Program-made: the position numbers and the translations under genes
The notes under the pieces: generated by a model
Told to the model about the DNA's origin: nothing
The model's database searches: none
The model's input: only the letters and a program-made list of their open reading frames with translations
Source: Malacoraja senta
Taxonomy: Eukaryota
Length of the DNA: 64,000 nucleotides
Assembly (NCBI GenBank): GCA_038087875.1
Contig: JAXLNO010000174.1
Location: forward strand, 186,001-250,000
Reading direction: 5' to 3'
Shown: positions 24,995 through 38,150 of the stretch, piece after piece
Position numbering within the stretch: position 1 is the first letter of the stretch
How the letters are laid out: every line of letters starts with the position of its first letter

Positions 24995-26479
24995 ACAATG
25001 AGCAACAGAAGATAACGTGAAGAGGAAAAACATAGTTAAGAACAAAGTTGGACCGTGGAAGACAGAAATATGTGATTTTATTATGGGGAACAAGGAAATG
25101 GCAGGAATTGAACAGGTACTTTGGATCTATCTTCACAACGGGCGTCACAAACAATCTCCTAGATCTACTAGTGGCCATAGGACCTAGGGTGACGGAGGAA
25201 CTGAAAGATGTTCACATTAAGCAGGGAATGGTGTGGGGTAGACTGATGGGACTGAGAGCTCATAAATCCCCCAAGGCCTGATGGTCTGCATCTCAGGGTA
25301 GTTAAGGAAGTGGCTCTCGAAATCGTGGACGCATTGATGATAATTTTCCAAATATTATGCAAATTCAGGACCAGTTCCTGTGGATTGGAGGGTAGCTAAT
25401 GTTATCTCAATAATTAAGAAAGGAGGGAGAAATGAAACAGGGAATTATAGACCAGTTAGCGTGACATCGTTGATGGGGAAGATATTGCAGTCAATTATAA
25501 AAGATGAAACAACTGCACATTTGGATAGCAGTAACAGGATCGGACCGAGTCAGCATGGATTTATGAAGGGGAAAATCATGCTTGACAAATCTTCAGGGAT
25601 TTTTTGAGTATGTAACTTGGAAAATGGACAAGGGAGAGCCAGTGGATGAAGTGTACCTGGACTATCATAAAACCTCTGATAAGGTCCCACTTAGGAGATT
25701 AGTGGGCAACATTATAACACATGTTATTGAGGGTAGGCTACTGATATGGATATAAAATTGGATAGCAGACAAGAAACAAAGTGTAGAGAATATCGAGTCT
25801 CTTTCAGAACGGCATGCAGTGACTTGTGGGGTAACGCACAACTCGGTACTGGGAGCGCAGCTATTTACAATACACATTAATTATTTAGATGAATGGATTA
25901 AAAGTAAGTTTAGCAAATTTGAAGCTGACACAAAGCTGGGTGGCAGTATGAACTGTGAGGAGGATGCTATGAGGATGCGGGGTGACTTGGACAAGTTGGG
26001 TGAGAGAGCAGATGCATGGCAGATTAATTGGATGAATGTGATGTTATCCACTTTGGAAGATTTTGATCTGAATGGTGTCAAGTTAGTAAAAGAAGAGGTA
26101 CAACGATATCTGGATATCCTTGTTCATCAGTCAATATAGAGTAGACAATAAACATCGAAAGTGAGCATGCAGGTACAGCTGGTAGTGAAGACGGCTATTA
26201 GCATGTTGGCCTTTATCACAAGAGGTATTGAGTATAAGAACAAAGAGGTCGTACTGCAATTTTACTGGGTCATCGTGGGACCACACCTGTAGTATTGTGT
26301 GCAGTTTTGGTCTCCAAATTTAAGGAAGGACATTCTTGCTATTTAGGAAGTTCAGCGTAGGTTCTCGATGTTAATTCCCGGGACTGTCATATGTTGAAAG
26401 AATGGAATGACTGTGATAGTAAACATTAGAATTTAGAAGGAACAGAAGGGATCGTGTTGAAACATACAATAATTTCGTG

Positions 26480-27127
26480 TACGAGAACACTGATGCAATT
26501 ATAAAGTAAGCACTTCAGCTCCTCTACTTCCTGAGAAGATTACGGAGAGTCGGTATGTCAAGGAGGACTCTCTCTAACTTCTACAGGTGCACAGTAGAGA
26601 GCATGGTGACCGGTTGCATCATGGTTCGGCAACGTGCGTGCCCAGGAGCGAAAAATACTACAAAAAGTAGTAAACACTGCCCAGTCCATCATCGGCTCTG
26701 ACCTCCCTACCATCGAGGGGATCTATCGCAGTCGCTGCCTCAAAAAGGCCGGCAGCCTCATCAAGGACCCACATCATCCTGGCCACACACTCATCTCCCC
26801 GCTACCTTCAGGTAGAAGGTACAGGAGCATGATGAATGCAACGTCCGTATTCAGAAACCGCTAGTTCCCCACAGCCGTCAGCCATTTAAATCAACTCAAA
26901 CAAAATTGTGAACATTAATAGCCCAATATCAGTTTATTTGCACTTTATCTGTTTTATTTATTCATGTGTATATATTATACAATGGTATATGGACACACTG
27001 ATCTCTTCTCTATTCATGCCTTCTATATTCTGTTGTGCTGAAGCAAAGTAAGAATTTCATTGTCCTATCTGGAACACATCACTATAAACTCTCTTGAATC
27101 TTGAATCTCTTGAATCTTGAATCTTGA
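26480..27127 (+). mobile_element. Rex1/Babar-type LINE 3' fragment (duplicate at about 34195-34845)
   Basis: LYFLRRLR, NFYRCTVES, LQKVVNTAQSIIG, KDPHHPGH, LPSGRRYRS; (tcttgaa)n tail. Confidence 0.85.
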
Positions 27128-27889
27128 CCCTTATTAAAGGAGTGGACACGTTAATGGCAGGAAACATATTACCGATGTTAAAAAAGGAACTGCAGATGCT
27201 GGAAAATCGAAGGTACACAATAAAGCTGGAGTAACACAACAGCGAAGGAGATAGGCTACGTTTCGGGCCTAAACCCTTCTTCAGACGTTGCCGATTCCCG
27301 ATGTTGGGGGTAGACCAGAACCAGGGACCATAGTTGGACATTTAGAACGGAGATGAGTAAAAACCTTTTCACCCAGAGATATGTGAATCTGTGGAATTCT
27401 CTGCGTCGGAGTGGACACCAATTATCTGGTTGCTTTCAAGAGAGACTTAGTTATAGCTCTTAAAGATTGTGGAGTAAAGGGTTATCGGGAGAAGGCAGGA
27501 ACGCAGTACAGAATGTGGATGATCAGCCATGATCACAGTGAATGGCGGTGCTGTCTCGAAGGACCGAATGGCCTACTGCATCTATTGCCTAATATCTATT
27601 GCCAGATATATGATGGCAAGTAGGTCGCTGGCTGAGTTGACAGGTTTATAGACGAACACTTGCGTCGCGGAGGCACAGAAAGATATGACCGAAGGGCTGG
27701 AAGATCGGATATTTCCGGATATGTATTCACCGTTCGGCGTGGACGTGATGGACAAATGACCTGTTTTTATGCTCTGTAACTCCAAACCTTTTATGACTGG
27801 ATGCCCGTAACCCGTAGTGTATCAGAGGGTATTTTTGTTTGCTTCAGATTCCAGAAAGATATGGACCAAGCAAACACTATCCTTGAACA

Positions 27890-27915
27890 TGTGTGTAAGT
27901 TTGTGTGTGTGTGTA

Positions 27916-27965
<50 letters not shown>

Positions 27966-28026
27966 TGTGTGTTTGTGTGTGTGTGCGTGTGTGTGTGTGT
28001 GTAGGCATGCGTGTGTGTGTATGTGT
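27890..28026. repeat. (TG)n microsatellite (shorter paralogue at 35628-35701)
   Basis: Direct run. Confidence 0.95.
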
Positions 28027-28029
28027 GGT

Positions 28030-29160
28030 GCCCTGGGAGGGCAGCCAATGATGAACCACGGGGCACAAGAGAGACACGTGTGAGGGATTGCCCTACGACT
28101 GTGTTAAGGAAAGAAAGAGAACATCTGAGATGCCCTAAGGTGGAGATTCTCAGATGGGAGCAGAGGAGGCAGAGTGTGAGAAATTGGAAGCAGCAAATGA
28201 TTTATTTGCACGACGCGGGGTAGGAGGGGGTGAGATCAAAACAATTGTGCGATTCATTTGGTTTATTTAAGATAATGCTCAATAATCTGCCTTGTTATCG
28301 ACAGAGAGATCGAAAAGGGGATAGTCCATGTGAATTTCACCCAAGGTGGACCTTCGTTGCGGTCGTCGATGTAGCGATGGAAGATTTTATGGATGGTACA
28401 GAATAATGTGAAAAAAAAACACAAAGGCAGTCGAGGCTGGGATCCCGCGTAAGCTCACGGCTAATTGATCTTGATGGGAATACGAGGTCAATAGAGATGT
28501 GTTCATAATTGGGACAAGTTCTGCGAGGCAAAGTGTCAGTTGAGGAGAACCTATTGAGTCTCTGTTCAAGGAAAGATATTGAGAGCTTCCCGATCGAGAC
28601 AGGATGCGAAAGGAGAGTCAGCGTCCTTGCTGAAGATGAGGCGATTGAGGCCTAGAATTTGAAAGTCACTGATTTGTTGAAGTGTCAATTGGGGGTCTCA
28701 GGTGTCGGTCAAACGGTCTGCACATGGGCGGCCAACTGAATGAAGGAATCTGGAAATACGTTCAGTTGAGCAAGAATCGGCTGAAACAATCAGTCTGACT
28801 GAGCAGTCGTCTTATGTATTTTGGGACAGCAATGGAAACGGAAAGTAGATGATTGTTAAGATTGTATGCTGTGGAAGATGTCATGAGGAGTCCAAGAGGT
28901 GACTCCTGGCCTCGGGACGGCAGATGACAGCCTGCGAGACTGCACCTTCTCAGTGGGTTTGAAACAACATGGGTTATTATTGAGTAAGCAGCGGGGCTCC
29001 GCGGTCAGCGGGGATGCGATTGAGCTGACTAATGGGAGTGGAGTCCTGAGGACGGTTAATGTCGCATCGATAGTTGGAAATACAAAGGATCATAGAGTGT
29101 AGAAGACGGGCAGGGAGATTCCATTCCTACTGTTACTAGACCCATAGCTGTTGCCCGACT
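28030..29160 (-). mobile_element. Highly degenerate Penelope-like RT-region fragments
   Basis: 28030-28230 resembles the Penelope segment at 30590-30760. The rest resembles Penelope RT sequence from memory only. No clean ORF. Confidence 0.4.
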
Positions 29161-29307
29161 GCTGAGAGTTTGCAGCGTTTTACGTTATTTCTGAGTCCTT
29201 CATCCAAATCATGTGTGCAGATTGCGAAAACTGATCTCTCCAACCCAACCCGTGGACCACTCCTGCCTATCCAGAAATTGCCCATTTTTTGCCGTTTCAT
29301 TCAGGTT

Positions 29308-29381
29308 TTCTCTGTGGCGCAATCGGTCAGCGCGATCGGCTGTTAACCGAAAGATCGATGTTTCGAGCTATCCCAGGGACG
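29308..29381 (+). pseudogene. tRNA-Asn(GTT) pseudogene
   Basis: 74 nt colinear with vertebrate tRNA-Asn-GTT (TCTCTGTGGCGCAATCGG, CGGCTGTTAACCGAAAG, CCCAGGGACG), followed by TTTT. About 10 substitutions, including a disrupted T-stem/B-box and first base. Confidence 0.88.
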
Positions 29382-29989
29382 CTTTTGCAGTGTGTATAAT
29401 TGTTGGCTGGCTACCACTGCTCTCTCCGCAGGATGCGCTCCAAGATACCACCTCACTAAGCTCTGTGAGAGCCTTCTGGCATTGTCTAAATCCCAGGAGG
29501 ACGCATGTTCCTTTTACCTTTCATTGGAACGTGAGTGTTTTAGATCGAAACCTAATTGAAACTAACGTTGGATTCGAACCTGTTTTGGGCCATTTCTTCA
29601 TTTATTTTGACCTGAACCACCGACAGCGACACCTCACCCGACGAAGCCCTGCCTCAGCAGATGCTAGTTTTATACCGCAGATGGACCGAAATCAGTGCAC
29701 TAACTCAGTGAGTCAGAGATCATTTCAACAGAAAAGGAATTTTTCGAGTCGATGCATTGTTCAGACTGAGAGCCAGGGGAGACTGTAATTAGCGGTATGA
29801 AAAGACCCAGAATTAAACCGGAACCGATGACCAAGAAAAGTTGGGGCCCATAATGGTCCATTATTGGTTGTGGAATGTAGGGATAGGAGGATGCGAACAA
29901 TGGAATAGGCAGGACGACTATGGGCGTGGGAATGTAGAGCTTACTTGATAGCAACCAATTCAATTGATGACGATAGTAAACATTTTTGG

Positions 29990-30745
29990 ATATCGCGGGT
30001 TGTAAGCTGTCCAAGCGAAATATGCTTTGATCTTCCACCAATTTGCGTGTGGCTTGGCACATACAGTGGAGGTGGTCCAGGACACAAATGTCAATGTGCG
30101 AATGAGTAGTGGTTATAAATGTTTGGCAACTGTAATATCGGGTAGGCCAAGGCTCACAAACCAAAGGTATTCAGCGAAATGAGGTCCAATTTGCGCTTGG
30201 TCTCGCCGAATACAAAGCGAGGAAAACTGATACAGTAGAAAAGATTACGAGTGATGCAAGTAAAGCTCTGTCTCATCTGAAAGGGTTGCCGTGGTGGCTG
30301 GATGTAGTCGATGGAGATGGCAAAGGAAATATTTGCATCTCCTGCGGTAACATGGAAAAGTACCCGGGGTGTGATTGGTTTGGGTGGAAATGGATACGTG
30401 TACCAGGGTACTGCGGAAGGAACTGACTCTGCGGGAAGCGCAAGCGGGTGCTGATGAAAATACGTGGCTAGTGGTGAGATCCAGTTGGAGGTGGAGAATA
30501 TCGCGGATGGTTATGTGCTGTTTGCGATGGAGCATGGAGTGAAAGGGTGGAACGACGGGGACTTTGCCCTGTTGCGATTAGGGAGAGGGGAGCAAGAGAG
30601 GAGCATCGGGATACCCAGGAGACACATGGGAGGGCCTCGTTTATGTTAAAAGATGGAAGCCTCCGTTCTCTAAATAATAAGGTCATCTCGGATATTCTGG
30701 TATGGAACAGCTCATTTTGGGTGCATTTCTGTAAAGAGGGATGAT
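29990..30745 (-). mobile_element. Degenerate Penelope-like element (GIY-YIG end); partial duplicate at 35702-36200
   Basis: PGTFPCYRRRCK, PPRQPFQMRQSFTCIT and RKLVEDQSIFRLDSLQP are homologous to the protein at 18400-18804. Confidence 0.75.
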
Positions 30746-30789
30746 TTGGAAGTAGTTCATCGATTATTCACAGGAGGCAGGGTGGGACC

Positions 30790-31095
30790 AGATCCCGGGC
30801 ATTCAAGTTTGGCGTCGCACACCTATACACGAAGTCCAAATATGTCTTTCATATGGTCATTAAAAAGGCTAAATGGGACTTCCACTCGATGTTGGAGGAT
30901 GAGGCGGATATTCAGAAAATGTGACAGGGCTAGAATGCATCACTTACTCCAATGCAATATCAACGGGATGCTCAAGCAACAGCGAGGCATCACTCCCTGG
31001 CGGGCTCAATGCGTTCTACGCACGTTTTGATGGCGTTCTACGCACGTTTTGATGAGTATGATGATGTGTCTTCCCAAGCCCCATAACCCCCCGAT
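30790..31095 (+). mobile_element. Rex1/Babar-type ORF middle fragment (duplicate at about 36248-36575)
   Basis: EASLPGGLNAFYARF motif. The 22-bp unit tggcgttctacgcacgttttga occurs twice here and three times in the duplicate. Confidence 0.6.
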
Positions 31096-31683
31096 GGTGT
31101 CACAATTACTCGAAGGGTGAAATGGCCTACTCATGCACATATTGTCTATTGTCTATCGTCTACTGTTAAATTGGCCGATGTCAGAAGATTATTCTGGGGT
31201 TGAACTCCCGGAAAGCGACTGGACCCGTTTGGTATACATCGTCTTGTTCTTAAAACTTGTGCAGGTGGCACTAACGTCCGTGATGATGAATGCTTTGGGA
31301 GATTGATTATGGCGCATATTACCTCCGACCTCATTATGAACCGCGACCCATTACGAATTGCATAGTGCAACACACGTCAACAGAGCTTGCGATCTCTCTG
31401 AATCTGCACTCTGCACTGGATGACTTGTACTATAAAACACACACCTCAGGCGGCTGGTTATAACCTACAGCCCGAGGTGCAATACATTCATGTCCTCCTA
31501 ACCAGTCATCTTGGATAGAATGGCGGCGAGAGAATGGCAGCAAAAGGGGCAGAGAGAAAGAGGTGTCTCGATAGAGTGGGAGATATAGATAGAGGGTGAA
31601 AGAGAGAGGGTTCAGAGGGAGAAGGGGCAGAGAGAGAATGGGTAGAGAATTATCCTTGCAGAGAGAGAAGGGCTGAGAGAAAT

Positions 31684-32068
31684 GTATAGAACATAGGTGC
31701 AGGAGGAGGCCATTTGGTCCTTCGAGCCAGCACCGCCATTCATTATGATCATGATTGATCGTCCCCAATCAATAACCCGTGCCTGCCTTCTCCCCATATC
31801 CCTTGATTCCACTAGCTCCTAGAGCTCTATCTAACTCTCTCTTAAATTCCTCCAGTGATATGGCCTCCACTGCTCTCTGTTGCAGGAAATTCCACAAATT
31901 CACAACTCTCTGGAGGAAAAAGTTTTGTTCTGACCTCAGTCTTAAATGGCCTCCCCTTTATTCCAAGACTGTGGCCCCTGGTTCTGGACTCGCCCAACAG
32001 TGGGAACATTTTCCCTGCATCTAGCTTGTCCAGCCCTTTTACAACTTTATATGTTCTGTAAGATCCCA
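31684..32068 (-). mobile_element. CR1 3' end inserted in a purine-rich tract (duplicate at about 37166-37547)
   Basis: YKVVKGLDKLDAGKMFPLLGESRTRGH and the standard CR1 3' UTR. Confidence 0.88.
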
Positions 32069-33996
32069 CCTGGGGAAGCAGAGAGACAGGCAGAGAGGGG
32101 GCAGAGAGAGTTTGTGGAGAGAGTGAGGAGAGGGTGTGCAGAGGGGGTAAGCAAATAATGAAGGGTCCGCGAGAGAGGGGAGAAAAGCGCGTGGGGGCAT
32201 AGAAAGTGGGCAGACAGATATTAGACATATTGGGGGAAAAAGAGTGCGAGCAGACAGAAAGGGGGCAGATAAAAAGTGGGTTAACAACAGAAGGAAGCAT
32301 AGAGAGGGTGCAGAAGTTTGCCGCCGAAAGTTGCAATGTTACAATGTTTTGAGATTTAAAAAATAAAGTCTGCAATTTATCTCATCAGATAAAGCATAAA
32401 CATAAGTTTAATTTGACACCTAATTCACTTTCATATCTTCGGTATAAAAAAATTATGGCCATTTTCATACTCGGAAATCATGATATTGTTCCCTAATGCT
32501 TTTCCATTGACTTAACACAAAAGCTGTGATCGAGGACAGTCAAAGTTTCTTCAAAATTAAGAATACGGAATGACATTTTCAGTTATTATAGATTGAGGCA
32601 TTCTGAAACAAATATAAACATCTTACTTGGATGCTCTGAAATTAAAGCATATGATTAGTTAATTACCTAATTTTAGCTAATTACAAAATTGACCGTTGTG
32701 ACGGAAATAGTAATAAACACCCAGACTTCCCTGAAAATTAAAAAAAAGTTATATTCTCAAGATCAGAACTTTAATGTTATTGTATAATATGCTGTGTCCG
32801 TAACAGACAGGTAAATACATTACAATTTCTAGCAATATACCAAGCCTTTATGGAGAAGATCAGTTGCAAGCTGATACATTGACATATCATAATCAGTAGC
32901 ATCATCATACTCTTTAGATTGTAATCAATAAGCAATTCAGTACACCTTGATTTTCCTCATCTTTTCAATTTTGGCATTGTAAACTACAAGTTTCTGCTCT
33001 TCAAACCACGCATGACATGCCTTTCTGCCCACTACTTTCCCATTAAGAACGTCCTGTAGATTCCATTTCTTAAGAAAATGATATATATTTTTAATAGCCT
33101 AAGTATCCAAATAAAAAACTAATCCCATTCACACAATAATTCGCAATATAAATGATTTTTGTAATCTCACTGTCATGAATTCATACGCCAGATGGAAGGA
33201 ATTTAGTGTTTAAATCCCATAAATTAATGCACAAATATCCACTCAAAACATAATCAAAATTATTGTTTTTTGCACAATACATGTGACTCAAACTGTTGTG
33301 AATATGCAGTTTAAAACTAATGATCATGCAGAGAGAATAACACAACATATAGACGATTTAGACGGCTTATGACAGGATTGTCCAAAAAAAGAACGATTTA
33401 AATCCTCTTGTAAGTGGGTGTTTTTGGAATGCGGTCGATTGTAACGTTGCATTTGCGGTGAATTTCATAGACGCATAGAAAAATATGTGCAGGAGGAGGC
33501 CATTCGGCCTTTCAAGCCAGCATCGCCATTCATTGTGATCATGGCTGATCGTCCCCTATCAATAACCTGTGCCTGCCTTCTCCCCATATCACTTGTCTCC
33601 ACTAGCCCCTAGAGCTCTATCTAACTCTCTCTTAAATCCATCCAGTAACTTGGCCTCCACTGCCATCTGTGGCAGGTCATTCCATAAATTCACAACTCTC
33701 TGGTCTTAAATGACCTCCACTTTATACTAAGACTGTTGCCCCTGGTTCTGAACTCGCCCAACATTGGGAACATTTTCCCTGCATCTAGCTTGTCCAGTCC
33801 TTTTATAATTTTACTTGACTAAGTGGGACCCGTTGAGTCCCATGTGCACACGGGAGGTTGGTCCCCCGACGCAATATTCCACCTCTCCACCAATTCCAAT
33901 ATTGGTGGCCAGTGGGGGGGGGGCGTTATGGAGCGCTGGTATGGGTGTTGTTGGTTGCAGGTACTACTGACCTCCAGAAGGCTAGTATGGATATTG

Positions 33997-36900
33997 CACA
34001 CCTGTAGTATTGTGTGCAGTTTTGGTCTCCAAATTTAAGGAAGGACATTCTTGCTATTTAGGAAGTTCAGCGTAGGTTCTCGATGTTAATTCCCGGGACT
34101 GTCATATGTTGAAAGAATGGAACGACTGTGATAGTAAACACTGTAATTTAGAAGGAACAGAAGGGATCGTGTTGAAACATATAATATTTTTCGTGTACTA
34201 GAACACTGATGCAATTATAAAGTAAGCACTTCAGCTCCTCTACTTCCTGAGAAGATTACGGAGAGTCGGTATGTCAAGGAGGACTCTCTCTAACTTCTAC
34301 AGGTGCACAGTAGAGAGCATGGTGACCGGTTGCATCATGGTTCGGCAACGTGCGTGCCCAGGAGCGAAAAATACTACAAAAAGTAGTAAACACTGCCCAG
34401 TCCATCATCGGCTCTGACCTCCCTACCATCGAGGGGATCTATCGCAGTCGCTGCCTCAAAAAGGCCGGCAGCCTCATCAAGGACCCACATCATCCTGGCC
34501 ACACACTCATCTCCCCGCTACCTTCAGGTAGAAGGTACAGGAGCATGATGAATGCAACGTCCGTATTCAGAAACCGCTAGTTCCCCACAGCCGTCAGGCC
34601 ATTTAAATCAACTCAAACAAAATTGTGAACATTAATGGCCCATTATCAGTTTATTTGCACTTTATCTGTTTTATTTATTCATGTGTATATATTATACAAT
34701 GGTATATGGACACACTGATCTGTTCTCTATTCATGCCTTCTATATTCTGTTGTGATGAAGCAAAGTAAGAATTTCATTGTCCTATCTGGAACACATCACT
34801 ATAAACTCTCTTGAATCTTGAATCTCTTGAATCTTGAATCTTGACCCTTATTAAAGGAGTGGACACGTTAGTGGCAGGAAACATATTACCGATGTTAAAA
34901 AAGGAACTGCAGATGCTGGAAAATCGAAGGTACACAATAAATCTGGAGAAACACAGCGGGTGCAGCAGCATCTATGGAGCGAAGGAGATAGGCAACGTTT
35001 CGGGCCGCAACCCTTCTTCAGACGTTGCCGATTCCCGGTGTTGGGGGTAGACCAGAACCAGGGACCATAGTTGGACATTTAGAACGGAGATGAGTAAAAA
35101 CCTTTTCACCCAGAGATATGTGAATCTGTGGAATTCTCTGCGTCGGAGTGGATACCAATTATCTGGTTGCTTTCAAGAGAGAGTTAGTTATAGCTCTTAA
35201 AGATTGTGGAGTCAAGGGTTATCGGGAGAAGGCAGAAACGCAGTACAGATTGTGGATGATCAGCCATGATCACAGTGAATGGCGGTGCTGTCTCGAACGC
35301 CCGGTTGGCCTACTGCATCTGTTGCCTATTATCTATTGCCAGAAATATGATGACAAGTAGGTCGGTGGCTGAGTTCACAGGTTTCTAGACGAACACTTGC
35401 GTCGCGGAGGCACAGAAAGATATGACCGAAGGGCTGGAAGATCGGATATGTCCGGATATGTATTCACCGTTCGGCGTGGACGTGATGGACAAATGACCTG
35501 TTTTTATGCTCTGTAACTCCAAACCTTTTATGACTGGATGCCCGTAACCCGTAGTGTATCAGAGGGTATTTTTGTTTGCTTCAGATTCCTGAAAGATATG
35601 GACCAAGCAAACACTATCCTTGAACATGTGTGTAAGTTTGTATGTGTGTGTGTGTGTGCGTGCGTGTGTGTGTGTGTGTGTCGGCATGCGCGTGTGTGTG
35701 TACGAGTGATGCAAGTAAAGCTCTGTCTCATCTGAAAGGGTTGCCGTGGTGGCTGGATGTAGTCGATGGAGATGGCAAAGGAAATATTTTTGCATCTCCT
35801 GCGGTTGCAGGGAAAAGTACCTGGGGTGTGATTGGTTTGGATGGAAATGGATACGTGTACCAGGGTACTGCGGAAGGAACTGACTCTGCGGGAAGCGCAA
35901 GCGGGTGCTGATGGAAATACGTGGCTAGTGGTGAGATCCAGTTGGAGGTGGAGAATATCGCGGAGGGTTATGTGCTGTTTGCGATGGAGCATGGAGTGAA
36001 AGGGTGGAACGACGGGGACTTTGCCCTGTTGCGATTAGGGAGAGGGGAGCAAGAGAGGAGCATCGGGATACCAAGGAGACACATGGGAGGGCCTCATTTA
36101 TGATAAAAGATGGAAGCCCCCGTTCTCTAAATAATAAGGTCATCTCGGATGTTCTGGTATGGAACAGCTCATGATGGGTGCAATTTCTGTAGAGAGGGAT
36201 GATTTAGAAGTAGTTCATCGATTATTTACAGGAGGCAGGGTGGGACCAGATCCCGGTCATTCAAGTTTGACGTCGCACACGTATACACGAAGTCCAAATA
36301 TGACTTTCATATGGTCATTTAAAAGGCTAAATGGGACTTCCACTCGATGTTGGATGATGGGGCGGATATTCAGAAAATGTGACAGGGCTAGAATGCCATC
36401 ACTTGCTCCAATGCAATATCAACGGGATGCTCAAGCAACAGCGAGGCACCACTCCCTGGCGGGCTCAATGCGTTCTACGCACGTTTTGATGGCGTTCTAC
36501 GCACGTTTTGATGGCGTTCTACGCACGTTTTGATGAGTATGATGATGTGTCTTCCCAAGCCCCATAACCCCCCGATGGTGTCAAAATTACTCGATGGGTC
36601 AAATGGGCTCCTCCTGCACATATTGTCCATTATCTATCGTCTACTGTTAAATTGGCCGATGTCAGAAGATTATTCTGGGGTTGAACTCCCGGAAAGCGTC
36701 TGGACCCGTTGGTATACATCGTCTTGTTCTTAAAACCTGTGCAGGTGGCACTAACGTCCGTGATGACGAATGCTTTGAGAGATTGGTTATGGCGCATATT
36801 ACCTCCGACCTCATTATGAACCGCGACCCATTACGAATTGCATAGTGCAACATCACGTCAACAGAGGTTGCGAACTCCCTGGATGTGCACTCTGCACTGC

Positions 36901-37845
36901 ATGACTTTTACTATAAAACACACACCTCAGGCGGTTGATTATAACCTACAGCCCGAGGTGCAATACATTCATGTCCTCCTAACCAGTCGTCTTGGATAGA
37001 ATGGCGGCGAGAGAATGGCAGCAAAAGCGGCAGAGAGAAAGAGGTGTCTCGATAGAGTGGGAGATATAGATAGAGGGTGAAAGAGAGAGGGTTCAGAGGG
37101 AGAATGGGCAGAGAGCGAATGGGTAGAGAATTATCCTTGCAGAGAGAGAAGGGCTGAGAGAGATATATAGAAAATAGGTGCAGGAGGAGGCCATTTGGTC
37201 CTTCGAGCCAGCACCGCCATTCATTATGATCATGATTGATCGTCCCCAATCAATAACCCGTGCCTGCCTTCTCCCCATATCCCTTGATTCCACTAGCTCC
37301 TAGAGCTCTATCTAACTCTCTCTTAAATTCATCCAGTGATATGGCCTCCACTGCCCTCTGTGGCAGGAAATTCCACATATTCACAACTCTCTGGAGGAAA
37401 ACGTTTTGTTCTGACCTCACTTAAATGGCCTCCCCTTTATTACAAGACTGTGGCCCCTGGTTCAGGACTCGCCCAACAGTGGGAACATTTTTTCCTGCAT
37501 CTAGCTTGTCCAGCCCTTTTACAACTTTATATGTTCTGTAAGATCCTACCTAGGGAAGCAGAGAGACAGGCAGAGAGGGGGCAGAGAGAGTATGTGGAGA
37601 GAGTGAGGAGAGGGTGGGCAGAGGGGGTAAGCAAAGAATGAAGGGTCCGCGAGAGAGGGGGACAAAGCGCGTGGGGGCATAGAAAGTGGGCAGACAGATA
37701 TTAGACAGATTGGGGAAGAAAGAGTGCGAGCAGACAGAAAGGGGACAGATAAAAAGTGGGTTAACAACAGAAGGAAGCATAGAGAGGGTGCAGATAGTTT
37801 CCCGCCGAAAGTTGCAATGTTACAAGTTTCTGCTCTTCAAACCAC
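33997..37845. repeat. Segmental duplication, copy B
   Basis: Colinear with 26282-28021, 30248-32344 and about 32990-33009. Confidence 0.9.
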
Positions 37846-37853
37846 ACATGGTG

Positions 37854-38150
37854 CATTTTGCAGTGCCTTTTTACTTCAACTCAAACCGCCCAAACAACCT
37901 TTTGCAGAGCCTTTTTACTTCAACCCAAACCCCCCAAAGAAACATTTGCAGTGCCTTTTTACTTCAACCCAAACCCCCCAAACAACCATTTGCAGTGACT
38001 TTTTACTTCAACACAAATCCCCTAAACAACCATTTGCAGTGCCATTTCTTCAACCCAAACCTCCTAAACAACCATTTGCAGTGCCCTTTTACTTAAACCC
38101 ATACCCCCCAAACAACCATTTGCAGTGCCATTTTACTTCAAACCAACCAT
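37854..38150. repeat. 44-bp minisatellite, about 7 copies
   Basis: catttgcagtg recurs at 37943, 37987, 38031, 38073 and 38117. Confidence 0.93.

Larger units (their letters stand above)
20006..27605 (+). mobile_element. Degenerate CR1 ORF2 and 3' tail, interrupted by Gypsy, Rex1/Babar and a Penelope fragment
   Basis: AKPEDWATF at 20221. Resumes after 24999 with NYRPVSVTS, QHGFMKGK and SKFEADTKLGG. Tail ctattg near 27582-27601. Confidence 0.8.
26282..33009. repeat. Segmental duplication, copy A (donor of 33997-37845)
   Basis: From cacacctgtagtattg onward it is colinear with 33997-37845. Copy B lacks 28022-30247 and about 32345-32989. Confidence 0.9.

Noticed and set aside
29213..29788. 191-aa ORF
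   Set aside because: Non-ATG start, runs through the tRNA pseudogene, no recognisable motifs.
31278..31402. Possible C/D-box snoRNA (TGATGA...CTGA)
   Set aside because: No terminal stem, and the D box is not retained in the paralogue near 36880.
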